Assembly: GCF_004118375.1 (NCBI RefSeq)
Contig: NZ_SDHX01000001.1
Span: 1,095,693-1,119,692, forward strand
Direction of reading: 5' to 3'
Length of the DNA: 24,000 nt
Origin: Oleiharenicola lentus
GTDB lineage: Bacteria; Verrucomicrobiota; Verrucomicrobiia; Opitutales; Opitutaceae
Of this stretch, positions 1-7,881 are shown in pieces. Every line of letters begins with the position of its first letter. Position 1 is the first letter of the stretch. The notes under the pieces were generated by a model that saw only the letters and a list, made by a program, of their open reading frames with translations, was not told where the DNA came from and searched no databases. Made by a program: the position numbers and the translations under genes.

Positions 1-180
1 CACCGGGAGGCCGATGCGCGTCATCTCGGCGAGGTTGGCGCCCTTGCCGCCGAGCAGGGCCTTCATGGAGCCGTTGCCGTCGGCTTTGCCGGCGCCCCAC
101 GTGTAAACGTATTTGGCGGACTTGGCGGATTTCTTGGGCGCCGGTTTGGCGGACTTCTTAGCAGGTGTTTTTTTAGCCAT
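1..180 (-). CDS. ppdK: pyruvate, phosphate dikinase, first 60 codons (gene continues past the left edge)
   Basis: The reverse complement from ATG (178-180) reads [60 protein letters not shown]. The segment Y-x-F/W[32 protein letters not shown] is the conserved PPDK N-terminus. The ORF-track entry 63..557(-) is in a different, Arg/Pro-rich frame. Confidence 0.75.
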   Translation of the reverse strand, partial: MAKKTPAKKSAKPAPKKSAKSAKYVYTWGAGKADGNGSMKALLGGKGANLAEMTRIGLPV

Positions 181-474
181 GGTTGGGAAAAAGAATGGGG
201 AGCGGTCATGCGAGCGGGCCGCGCGGGGGGTGTCAACCCATTCGACGGTCTCAACGTGAACCTTTCGTTGGAATGGTAGACCGGGCCGCCCCGGTCGGCA
301 AAACTACGGAGCCGGGTGGTCCGGCCACCCCGGGGAAAGCCGGATATCCGGACCCGGAGCCAAGACCGGCCTTGCCCGGCGGGGGCAAAGTTGTTTTCAG
401 GACGAGACTTGAGCGACCAATACCCAGACCTGCCGAATGACGAATCCCCCCCGGCTGTGGCCGGCGGCAAGCCC

Positions 475-1206
475 ATGGGTTTCCTGGGGCACTTGGAGGA
501 GCTGCGGGTCACCCTCATCAAGTGCGCCGTGGTCTTCGCGATCTTTGTCACGATCATTGCCTACAATCTCGATAGCGCCGCCCACCTGCTGAACCTGCCG
601 CTGGAACAGATTCAGGCCGAGTATCCCAAGATGAAGACCGACTTGGTGACCAGCACCCCGATGGGTGTCTTCACCGTCATCATCAACATCTGCATCATGG
701 GTGGCGTGCTGTTGTCGCTGCCGTTTTGGTTGTTCTTCGTCGGGCAGTTCGTCGCCCCGGCCCTGACCCGGCGCGAGCTGAAGGTCATCGTGCCCACCGG
801 GCTGGCGGCCAACCTGCTCTTCATCGGCGGTGCCTCCTTCGGCTACTTTTTGCTCACGCCGAGCACCATCCGCGTGTCCTTCGAGCTCAATGAGCTGCTC
901 GGCTACACCATCATGTGGACGGCCGACAAATATTACAGCCTGCTGCTGTGGATGACGCTCGGCATGGGCGCGGCCTTCGAGTTCCCGCTGCTGATCGTGC
1001 TCGCGGTCTATATGGGCCTGCTCGAGGTCTCCACGCTGCGAAAATACCGCCGCCATGCCATTGTCGTGGTGTTTGTGATCGCCGCCATCATCACGCCGAC
1101 GCCCGACCCGATGACGCAATGTCTGGTCGCCGTGCCGCTCATCGTGCTCTATGAGCTATCGATCTGGGTCTCGGCCTTTATCGGCCGGCGGAACCAGGCG
1201 GCGTGA
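475..1206 (+). CDS. tatC: twin-arginine translocase subunit TatC
   Basis: From ATG 475 the protein reads MGFLGHLEELRVTLIK, the TatC H-L-x-E-LR signature. It has about 6 predicted TM segments and typical length. The track ORF starts at 316, but residues 1-53 are low-complexity and look like non-coding read-through. Confidence 0.85.
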   Translation: MGFLGHLEELRVTLIKCAVVFAIFVTIIAYNLDSAAHLLNLPLEQIQAEYPKMKTDLVTSTPMGVFTVIINICIMGGVLLSLPFWLFFVGQFVAPALTRRELKVIVPTGLAANLLFIGGASFGYFLLTPSTIRVSFELNELLGYTIMWTADKYYSLLLWMTLGMGAAFEFPLLIVLAVYMGLLEVSTLRKYRRHAIVVVFVIAAIITPTPDPMTQCLVAVPLIVLYELSIWVSAFIGRRNQAA

Positions 1207-1285
1207 GCGTGGGATGAAGTGAAGCAAGGTGGAGCCCGCGCTCCGTCGCGGGCTGGCGGCACAGGAGTTTCGCGCCAAAGCAAAA

Positions 1286-1305
1286 GGCCCGGCTTTCACC
1301 GGGCC
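1286..1305. terminator. GC hairpin between convergent genes (candidate bidirectional terminator)
   Basis: caaaaGGCCCGGctttcaCCGGGCCttgtaaattt forms a 7-bp perfect stem with a 6-nt loop. An A-run precedes it and a T-rich tract follows. It lies between the tatC stop (1206) and the stop of the minus-strand gene (1335). Confidence 0.5.
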
Positions 1306-1334
1306 TTGTAAATTTGAACCGTGGATCGGCAGGC

Positions 1335-1571
1335 TTACTTCCGCGACTCGATCTGGAACTTCAGGACGACCTTGAACATGTTCAGGGCGATCCAGAAGAC
1401 GCCCGACATGCAGGCGGCGGTGAGGCCGCCCCAGAGCTTGATCATCGCCGGGTCGCTGGACGGCACATGGGAGTGCACCAGCGTGTAGAAGATGACGAAG
1501 GCGATGCCGGTGAGCACCAGATCGACAACCAGACCGATGACGTTGAAGGGCTTCTTTTCGGACGATGACAT
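1335..1571 (-). CDS. small (78 aa) two-TM membrane protein, unknown function
   Basis: ATG start (1569-1571 on the minus strand). Two clear hydrophobic helices (VIGLVVDLVLTGIAFVIFYTLV and LTAACMSGVFWIALNMF). Normal amino-acid composition, unlike the overlapping plus-strand ORFs. Confidence 0.5.
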   Translation of the reverse strand: MSSSEKKPFNVIGLVVDLVLTGIAFVIFYTLVHSHVPSSDPAMIKLWGGLTAACMSGVFWIALNMFKVVLKFQIESRK

Positions 1572-1694
1572 GCCGGCAACATCAAGGAGGCGGGCGGGTT
1601 TTGTCCAACCGAAATTCCACGGGACCCCGGGAGCCGGGGCCCTTCGCCCCGGTGGGGAAACCGACCCGAGGTGGGCCGGCTCCCGCGCCCGGCC

Positions 1695-2525
1695 TTACTC
1701 CTTCAGCAACCGCTGGATCTCGCGGGCCAGTTTCGGACCGCGGGCGTTGGTCGAGACGACCAGGCCGCGCTTATCGAGCAGGAACATCGCGGGGATGCCC
1801 TGGATGCCGTATTGCTTGCCGAAGACGTTGTTCCAGTGGAGGCCGTCGTAGTATTGCGGCCAGGGCATCGCCTTCTCCTGGGCGAAGGCAAGCACGCCCT
1901 CGGCGGTCTTGTGCCGCGGGTTGGGCTTGGCCGGGTCCGGCGCCTTGTCGAAGGAGATGCCGACGATTTCGAAGCCTTGGGCGTGATACTGGTTGTAGGC
2001 CGCGACGACGTTGGGGATTTCCTGGATGCAGGGGCCGCACCACGTGGCCCAGAAGTCGATGAGCACAACCTTGCCGCGCAACGCGGCCACATCCACCGCG
2101 CGGCCGTCGGCGGCGGTGAACTTCATCTCGATCGGGCGCTGGATCAGCTCGGCCAGTGCGAGCTTCTTGTCGGCCACGGCTTTGACCTTCGGGTTGGCGT
2201 GGTCGGCGAACGCGGCCCACGCGGCCTTGGCCTGCCCGAGGTCGATCGATTCCACGTAGTAGAAGTAATTCCCGACAAACGAGGCGGCGCTGGCGTCCTG
2301 CGGGTATTGCGCGAGGAAGGCGTCGAGCTTCGCGCGCAGCGCCGGCGCGTCGAACACCTCGCGATCGGCGGCCTCGAACGCCTCGTCGTAAACCTTTTCC
2401 AAGGCGGTGCGGGCGGCGGTTTGCTCCGCGGGTTCCTTGGCGCCGTCTTCGGCGGCACGAGCGACCGGCAGCGTGAGCAACAGGCCGAGCATCAGAGAGA
2501 CAGGCAGAAGCGGGCGGATTTTCAT
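1695..2525 (-). CDS. secreted TlpA/ResA-like thiol:disulfide oxidoreductase (thioredoxin fold) with an N-terminal helical domain
   Basis: Signal peptide MKIRPLLPVSLMLGLLLTLPVARA. Thioredoxin active site in VVLIDFWATWCGPCIQEIP. Confidence 0.8.
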   Translation of the reverse strand: MKIRPLLPVSLMLGLLLTLPVARAAEDGAKEPAEQTAARTALEKVYDEAFEAADREVFDAPALRAKLDAFLAQYPQDASAASFVGNYFYYVESIDLGQAKAAWAAFADHANPKVKAVADKKLALAELIQRPIEMKFTAADGRAVDVAALRGKVVLIDFWATWCGPCIQEIPNVVAAYNQYHAQGFEIVGISFDKAPDPAKPNPRHKTAEGVLAFAQEKAMPWPQYYDGLHWNNVFGKQYGIQGIPAMFLLDKRGLVVSTNARGPKLAREIQRLLKE

Positions 2526-2590
2526 GAGGAACGCATGACGTCTTGTGGGCGCCGCTGCAAAACGAAACCAGCCGGCAACCCGCGTCTTGC

Positions 2591-2604
2591 TTGACCCGCA
2601 TCAA
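2591..2604 (+). promoter_or_regulatory. FNR/Dnr-type box 1 (TTGACCCGCATCAA, then ggc)
   Basis: Matches TTGAT-N4-ATCAA. GATAAT lies at 2627-2632, a 22-bp spacer after the box. The ATG of the downstream gene is at 2638. Confidence 0.65.
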
Positions 2605-2637
2605 GGCCGGGCGCGGCGGGATTGACGATAATGGGTC

Positions 2638-3450
2638 ATGTCCACCGCCACGCTGCCCATTCCTTCGTTCCCGCTCCAACGGCCGGTTCCGGTTGCTTCG
2701 GTGTTTCTGCCGAAGGAGCACGGCTCGTGGTCGCTCGCGCTGGAACCGCTCGCGCTCGGCCTGCTGGTTGCGCCGTCGTGGGCGGGTGGGGCGTTGGCCG
2801 GGGCGGCGGTGACGGGGTTCTTTGCCCGGCGGCCGCTGAAGGCGGCCCTGGATGCAACCCCTTCTCTTCGGCGCCAGGCAGCACGGCGGGCCCTGGCCCT
2901 GTTGGTCGTGCTGGCTGGCGTCGGACTGGTTCAATCGCTCGTGCTCTCGCCGTGGACCGCCTTCTGGCCGCTGCTGCCGGCGGCGGCGCTGGGTTTGGTT
3001 TTCGTCTGGTTCGACGCGCAGGGTGAATCCCGCGCGGCGGCGGCCGAGGTGGCGGGCAGCGCGGCGTTCGCATTCGTGCCCGCGGCATTCGTCACGCTTG
3101 CCGGCGGCGACGCGCCAACCGCCTTCGCGCTCGCAGTCCTCGCGCTCGCCCGCAGCGTGCCGGCCGTGCTCGCCGTGCGCTCCTACCTCCGGATGGCGAA
3201 AGGCGGGGCTCCGCGCCGCACGCTCTCGCTGGTCGCGGCGGCGGTCGCGCTCCTGGCTTCGCTCGGCCTGGTGCTGACCGCCCACATGCCTTCCGTCGCC
3301 GTTCCGCTGGCGGTGGTCCTTTTTGCCCGGGTCCTCTGGCTGCTGGGCCCGTGGCGTCCGACCTGGCCGGCCAAACGGATCGGCATGATGGAAGCCGCGC
3401 TCGGCCTGCTCTACGTGGCGCTGCTCGGCCTCGGCTGGCCCGCTGTGTGA
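2638..3450 (+). CDS. YwiC-like polytopic membrane protein
   Basis: The N-terminal LPKEHGSWSLALEPLALGLL resembles the P-x-x-HGAW motif that opens YwiC-like family proteins. About 8 hydrophobic segments. Sits immediately upstream of nirK, behind its own box. Confidence 0.5.
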   Translation: MSTATLPIPSFPLQRPVPVASVFLPKEHGSWSLALEPLALGLLVAPSWAGGALAGAAVTGFFARRPLKAALDATPSLRRQAARRALALLVVLAGVGLVQSLVLSPWTAFWPLLPAAALGLVFVWFDAQGESRAAAAEVAGSAAFAFVPAAFVTLAGGDAPTAFALAVLALARSVPAVLAVRSYLRMAKGGAPRRTLSLVAAAVALLASLGLVLTAHMPSVAVPLAVVLFARVLWLLGPWRPTWPAKRIGMMEAALGLLYVALLGLGWPAV

Positions 3451-3461
3451 AGCGCCAACCT

Positions 3462-3475
3462 TTGATCCGTATCAA
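3462..3475 (+). promoter_or_regulatory. FNR/Dnr-type box 2 (TTGATCCGTATCAA, then ggc), perfect consensus half-sites
   Basis: Perfect TTGAT-N4-ATCAA. TACTCT lies at 3498-3503 (22-bp spacer). The nirK ATG is at 3528. Confidence 0.75.
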
Positions 3476-3527
3476 GGCATCGCCCCGCGCTCTTCGCTAC
3501 TCTCACCCCCCCAGAAACCCAACCGCC

Positions 3528-5027
3528 ATGAAAACATCCCGCGTAATCCCCGCCGCTCTCCTCGCCCTGGTGCTCGCCGCGCCTGCTTTCGCCTCCGAGG
3601 GCCCGACCGATGCCAAGGGCCCGGTCCTGCTGCCGCCCGACGTGCAGGCCCTGCCGGTCGAGCAGGCCATCCTCACCGCGCCACCCCACGTGCCGCCACC
3701 GATCAAGCGCAAGCACGCTGCGCGCGTCGTCGTTAACCTCGAGGTGCGTGAGGTCGTCATGCGCATCGCCGACGGCGCCGAATACACCTTCTGGACCTAC
3801 GGCGGCTCCGTGCCCGGCTCGTTCATCCGCATCCGCGAGGGCGATGTCGTGGAGTTCACGCTCAACAACCACCCGTCCTCGAAGCTCCCGCACAACATCG
3901 ACCTTCACGCCGTCACGGGCCCCGGCGGCGGCGCGGCCTCGACCTTCACCGCGCCGGGCCACGGCTCGAAGTTTACTTTCAAGGCCCTCAACCCCGGCCT
4001 CTACGTCTATCACTGCGCGACAGCGCCCGTGCCCATGCACATCGGCAACGGCATGTATGGCTTGATCCTCGTCGAGCCGAAGGACGGCCTGCCGTCCGTG
4101 GACAAGGAGTTCTACGTCATGCAGGGCGAGTTCTACACTCAGGGCGGCTTCGGCGCCTCCGGCCTGCAGACTTTCGACATGGCGAAGTCCATCGATGAAC
4201 ACCCCACCTATGTCCTCTTCAACGGCTCGGTCGGCGCACTCGTCGGCGACAAGGCCCTGGACACCAAGGTCGGCGACCACGTGCGCGTCTATTTCGGCGT
4301 GGGCGGTCCCAACCTTACCTCCTCGTTCCACGTCATCGGCGAAATTTTCGACAAGGTCTGGACCGAGGGCGGCATGAAATACGCCCAGGAACACGTGCAG
4401 ACGACGATGGTCCCCTCGGGCGGTTCGGCCATCCTTGAGTTCAAGATGGACGTGCCCGGCACCTACGTGCTCGTGGACCACTCGCTCAGCCGCGCGTTCA
4501 ACAAGGGTGCGCTCGGCATGCTCAAGGCCTCCGGTCCCGAGGACCGCGTGATCTACTCCGGCAAGGAGATCGACGCCGTTTATTTCGGTGCCGCCGCCGA
4601 AGAGGGTTCCGCCTCCGCCCGGCGCGAGGCCGAGCTGAAGGCGAAGATCGCGGCCGAGATCAAATCCAACCCCGCCATCGCCAGCCTCACCAAGGAGGTG
4701 CAGCTCGAGCGCGGCAAGCAGGTCTATATGGCCAGCTGCTTCGCCTGCCACCTGCCCGACGGCAAGGGCATGGCCAACGTCTTCCCGCCGCTCGCCGGTT
4801 CCGACTACCTCAAGGCCGACCGCGACCGCGCGATCCGCATCGTGCTCAAGGGCCTCACCGGCCCGGTCACCGTCAACGGCGTGAACTACAACAGCGCCAT
4901 GCCGCCGCAACCGCTCACCGACGAGCAGGTCGCCGACGTGCTCACCTACGTGACGAACAGCTGGGGCAACGAAGGCCCCGCCACCACCGTGGACGACGTC
5001 CGCCGCGTGAAGAACGAGACACACTAA
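3528..5027 (+). CDS. nirK: copper-containing nitrite reductase NirK with fused C-terminal mono-haem cytochrome c domain
   Basis: Signal peptide MKTSRVIPAALLALVLAAPAFA. T1/T2 copper ligands in HNIDLHAV and YVYHCATAPVPMHIGNGMYG (AniA-like class). The C-terminal domain carries CFACH plus a distal SAMPP methionine. The track ORF start (3351) would read through the promoter, so ATG 3528 is preferred. Confidence 0.9.
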   Translation: MKTSRVIPAALLALVLAAPAFASEGPTDAKGPVLLPPDVQALPVEQAILTAPPHVPPPIKRKHAARVVVNLEVREVVMRIADGAEYTFWTYGGSVPGSFIRIREGDVVEFTLNNHPSSKLPHNIDLHAVTGPGGGAASTFTAPGHGSKFTFKALNPGLYVYHCATAPVPMHIGNGMYGLILVEPKDGLPSVDKEFYVMQGEFYTQGGFGASGLQTFDMAKSIDEHPTYVLFNGSVGALVGDKALDTKVGDHVRVYFGVGGPNLTSSFHVIGEIFDKVWTEGGMKYAQEHVQTTMVPSGGSAILEFKMDVPGTYVLVDHSLSRAFNKGALGMLKASGPEDRVIYSGKEIDAVYFGAAAEEGSASARREAELKAKIAAEIKSNPAIASLTKEVQLERGKQVYMASCFACHLPDGKGMANVFPPLAGSDYLKADRDRAIRIVLKGLTGPVTVNGVNYNSAMPPQPLTDEQVADVLTYVTNSWGNEGPATTVDDVRRVKNETH

Positions 5028-5055
5028 AACGGTAGCGGCGCTCTATGAACGCCGT

Positions 5056-5074
5056 CGGCGGTCACAGACCGCCG
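5056..5074. repeat. intergenic GC hairpin CGGCGGTCacaGACCGCCG nested inside a 9-bp outer inverted repeat (GTAGCGGCG 5032-5040 / CGCCGCTAC 5070-5078)
   Basis: The complementarity was read directly. It lies between the nirK stop and the nirV-like start. No T-run follows. Confidence 0.4.
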
Positions 5075-5091
5075 CTACAACCAACCCTCCC

Positions 5092-5958
5092 ATGACTGCC
5101 ACCGTCCGCCGCGTCCGCCCTCCCGTCTGCGGCTCCGCCCTGTGTAACGTAATACGTTACACATGTGCCGGGGTGGCGCTCTTGGTGTTGACGGGCGTGG
5201 CCTTGGGTGGATCGGAAATCGAAAATCCTAATTCAAAAATCGAAAATGCCGCCATGCGGATGGTGCCGTCCGGCACCTATGTGCCCCTCCAACGCTCGAC
5301 CAAGGACCCCGAGCAGGTGCCCGTCGCCGCCTTCCGGCTCGACACCGCGCCCGTCACCAACGCCGACTTCCTCGCCTTCGTCACTGCCAACCCGAAGTGG
5401 CGTCGCTCCGCCGTGAGCCGGCTTTTCGCCGACACCTCCTATCTGGAGCACTGGACCGGCGACCTCGAGCCCGGCTTGCGCGCTCCGCTCGACGCCCCCG
5501 TCGTGCGCGTGTCGTGGTTCGCCGCGCGCGCCTACGCCCGCTGGTCCGGCAAGCGCCTGCCCAGCACCGCCGAGTGGGAACTCGCCGCCGCCGCCGGCTA
5601 CACCACCGCCTTCGGCAAGAACGAACCCGACTTCAACCGCGACCTCTACGCCTGGCTCGCCCGCCCGGTGCCGGAGGTGCTGCCCTCGGTCGCCACCGCC
5701 AAGCCCACGCTCCACGGCGTGCGCGGCCTGCACGGTCTCGTGTGGGAATGGGTGGACGACTTCAACACCGCCATGGTCACCGGTGAATCGCGCGCCGACA
5801 CCGGTCTGGAGCGCGACCTCTTCTGCGGCGCCGGAGCCGCCGGGGCGAAGGAGACGAGCGACTACGCCGCCTTCATGCGCTCCGCCCTTCGTGCCTCCCT
5901 GAAAGCCAACAACACCACCACCTCGCTCGGCTTCCGCTGCGCGGCTTCTCTCCGATGA
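5092..5958 (+). CDS. nirV: FGE-sulfatase/SUMF1-family protein, NirV-like
   Basis: MVPSGTY...RVSWFAARAYARWSGKRLPSTAEWELAA...GLHGLVWEWVDD...LGFRCA are the conserved blocks of the formylglycine-generating-enzyme fold. Position directly after nirK matches the known nirK-nirV arrangement. Confidence 0.7.
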   Translation: MTATVRRVRPPVCGSALCNVIRYTCAGVALLVLTGVALGGSEIENPNSKIENAAMRMVPSGTYVPLQRSTKDPEQVPVAAFRLDTAPVTNADFLAFVTANPKWRRSAVSRLFADTSYLEHWTGDLEPGLRAPLDAPVVRVSWFAARAYARWSGKRLPSTAEWELAAAAGYTTAFGKNEPDFNRDLYAWLARPVPEVLPSVATAKPTLHGVRGLHGLVWEWVDDFNTAMVTGESRADTGLERDLFCGAGAAGAKETSDYAAFMRSALRASLKANNTTTSLGFRCAASLR

Positions 5959-6722
5959 AAACGACGATTCCCCTGATCACCCTCCTCTTCGCGGCCAGCA
6001 TCGCCGCCTCCGACAAACCCGCCGCCTGCTGCCCGGCCGACACCAAGCCGAAGGCCGGCAGCTGCTGCACCGTTGAAAAGGCGGACAAGGCGGCCTGTTG
6101 CGCGGAAAAGCCCTCCGCCCCGGCCGCGTGCTGCGCGGAGAAGGCTCAACCCGCGGCGTGCTGCGCCCAAGCCGACGCACCCAAGCCCGCCGCCTGCTGC
6201 GAAGAGATCAAGGGCTCCGAAACCACCGCCTTCTCCTCCGAATCGCTTTATCAGCTCGAGGCCGGCTTTACCGACGACCGGGGCCGTTCCTTCACCCTCG
6301 GCTCGCTCCGCGGCCGCCCCGTCGTGCTCACCATGTTCTTCGCCTCCTGCAGCTACGCCTGCCCGCTGCTGCTCACCGACATGCAGGCCATCCATGCGAA
6401 GCTGCCGGCCGACATCCGCGACCGGGCTGCGTTCGTGCTCGTGTCCTTCGACGTTGCCCGCGACACGCCGGCCGCGCTCGCGCAATACCGCGCCGACCGC
6501 CACCTCGACGCGCAGTGGACGCTGCTCCACGGCGACGACGACGCGGTGCGCGAGCTCGCCGCGCTGCTCGGCGTGAAGTTCAAGCAGGAGGCCGACGGCC
6601 AGTTCGCCCACTCCAACCTCATCACCATTCTCAACGGCGGGGGCGAGGTCGTCCACCAGCGCACCGGCCTCCGCGGCGGCCTCGACGAAACCGCCCAGGC
6701 CATCGTGGCCGCGTCGCGCTGA
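5955..6722 (+). CDS. Sco1/SenC-family copper chaperone with Cys-Cys repeat N-terminal extension
   Basis: ATGA start/stop overlap with the upstream gene. Signal/anchor sequence present. Sco thioredoxin fold with VVLTMFFASCSYACP (CxxxC) and a downstream His (FAHSNLI). The region before the fold contains six CC dipeptides. Confidence 0.8.
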   Translation: MKTTIPLITLLFAASIAASDKPAACCPADTKPKAGSCCTVEKADKAACCAEKPSAPAACCAEKAQPAACCAQADAPKPAACCEEIKGSETTAFSSESLYQLEAGFTDDRGRSFTLGSLRGRPVVLTMFFASCSYACPLLLTDMQAIHAKLPADIRDRAAFVLVSFDVARDTPAALAQYRADRHLDAQWTLLHGDDDAVRELAALLGVKFKQEADGQFAHSNLITILNGGGEVVHQRTGLRGGLDETAQAIVAASR

Positions 6723-6852
6723 AACGGTGCTTCGAACCTGAGGAACGTATGCCGGAGGTCACCGAGCAGCTGGTTTCAAGTGGCATGGGTCTCCCGACCC
6801 GTGACCTCGTTCCCCACCGGTCGGCAGCCCCGGGCCAACTCTTCTGCTGCCC

Positions 6853-7281
6853 ATGACCACGGCTCTGCCGCAGATTCTCGATCAGCGCCGGCCCGAGATT
6901 CGGGCGCGGTGGGAGGCGCTGTTGCGCCTTGAAAAACCTGCCACGGCAATGGCCACGCCGGACATCCTCGTCCACCTCTTCGACCACACCCTCGACGACG
7001 TGCTGGCGCCCAAGCGTCCGGCCGGGAAACCGGTCGCCGCCGAGGGCAAACTGCCTGGCCGGTGTCATTGCAATCCGCTGCGCCCGTATTTCGCCACGCT
7101 TGAGCAGGCCCTGCTCGAAGCGCTCATCTGGGCGCAAGCCGCCGACTCCTCCCTCGACGCCGAGACCCGCGTCGCCCAGGTCGGCGAACTTTGCGAACGC
7201 CTGCGCCGCGTTGCGCACCGGGAGATCCTGCTCCTCGACGGCGTCTGCCAGTGCATCTGTGCGGAGTTGCCGCCGGCTTGA
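6853..7281 (+). CDS. hypothetical 142-aa soluble protein with CHC and CQCIC motifs
   Basis: Normal composition and an ATG start. The N-terminus (ILDQRRPEIRARWEALL) is reminiscent of RsbRD_N-type helical sensor domains. Its TGA stop lies inside box 3. Confidence 0.45.
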   Translation: MTTALPQILDQRRPEIRARWEALLRLEKPATAMATPDILVHLFDHTLDDVLAPKRPAGKPVAAEGKLPGRCHCNPLRPYFATLEQALLEALIWAQAADSSLDAETRVAQVGELCERLRRVAHREILLLDGVCQCICAELPPA

Positions 7282-7291
7282 TTCGCGTCAA
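7278..7291 (+). promoter_or_regulatory. FNR/Dnr-type box 3 (TTGATTCGCGTCAA, then ggc)
   Basis: TAGGGT lies at 7314-7319 (22-bp spacer). The azurin ATG is at 7327. Confidence 0.7.
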
Positions 7292-7326
7292 GGCGGGCGC
7301 GCGTCCGGCGCGCTAGGGTGGGGGCG

Positions 7327-7836
7327 ATGAAAATCCATTCCACCCTGATCCTCCCGTTTCTCGCCGCCGGTGCGCTCCTGCTTTCCGCCTGCGGCAAATC
7401 CGAAGCTCCCGCTGCCGCCGCGTCTGCGGCAGCCCCCGCCCCTGATGGCGTGAAAGCCGTCAGCATCACCGCCGACGACAGCATGAAGTTCAGCGTGACA
7501 GAGATCCGCGCCGTGGCCGGCGAGAAGGTGCGCGTAACGTTCAAGAACGTCGGTCGCATGCCCAAGCAGGCCATGGGGCATAACTGGATTTTGCTCGTGC
7601 CGATGGCCGACAATGAAGTGCTCGCGCTCGCCCAGGCGGCCGCCGCCCGCGCGCCGGAATACCAACCGGCCGATGCCACGAAAGTTCTCGCGCACACCAA
7701 GCTGCTCGGGCCCAACGAGAGCGACACCGTCGAGTTCACCGCACCCGCCACGCCCGGCGACTATCCCTTCGTCTGCACCTTCCCCGGCCACGCGGCCCTG
7801 ATGAAGGGCAAACTCATCGTCGCGCCCAAGTCTTGA
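7327..7836 (+). CDS. azu: lipoprotein azurin (type-1 blue copper protein)
   Basis: Lipobox LLLSAC. Azurin signatures AMGHNWIL and YPFVCTFPGHAALMKG supply the His, Cys, His and Met copper ligands. Confidence 0.85.
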   Translation: MKIHSTLILPFLAAGALLLSACGKSEAPAAAASAAAPAPDGVKAVSITADDSMKFSVTEIRAVAGEKVRVTFKNVGRMPKQAMGHNWILLVPMADNEVLALAQAAAARAPEYQPADATKVLAHTKLLGPNESDTVEFTAPATPGDYPFVCTFPGHAALMKGKLIVAPKS

Positions 7837-7846
7837 TGCGCGTCAA
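7833..7846 (+). promoter_or_regulatory. FNR/Dnr-type box 4 (TTGATGCGCGTCAA, then ggc)
   Basis: Overlaps the azurin TGA stop (7834-7836). TACAAC lies at 7869-7874 (22-bp spacer). ATG is at 7882, with GTG at 7879. Confidence 0.7.
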
Positions 7847-7881
7847 GGCCGCGCGCGGCGCGGCCTGCTACAACCTTCGTG

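Noticed and set aside
316-474. N-terminal 53-codon extension of tatC (GTG start at 316) and ORFs 183..440(+) and 63..557(-) in the ppdK-tatC spacer
   Set aside because: All are low-complexity Pro/Arg/Gly sequence. TatC homology begins at the ATG at 475. ORF 63..557(-) is out of frame with the clear PPDK N-terminus. The ~295-bp spacer is best read as a divergent promoter region, and I saw no convincing RNA gene in it.
2525-2638. Box 1 acting divergently on the minus-strand thioredoxin gene
   Set aside because: On the minus strand the position equivalent to the -10 element (2563-2568) reads GTTTCG, not TAnnnT. The geometry therefore supports only the plus-strand gene.
1771-3285. 504-aa minus-strand ORF spanning the thioredoxin and YwiC-like genes
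   Set aside because: Its composition is extremely Arg/Pro/Gly/Glu-rich (RRRDQRERAARSPAF...), typical of off-frame reading of high-GC DNA. It overlaps two better-supported genes and crosses a promoter region.
3351-3527. Upstream extension of the nirK ORF
   Set aside because: It would translate through box 2 and its -10 element and overlap the end of the YwiC-like gene. A textbook signal peptide starts at ATG 3528.
3411-5024. 537-aa minus-strand ORF antisense to nirK
   Set aside because: It is the mirror frame of a gene with unambiguous NirK copper and haem motifs. The composition is Gly/Ala/Val/Asp/His-rich and low in complexity, and I recognise no motif.
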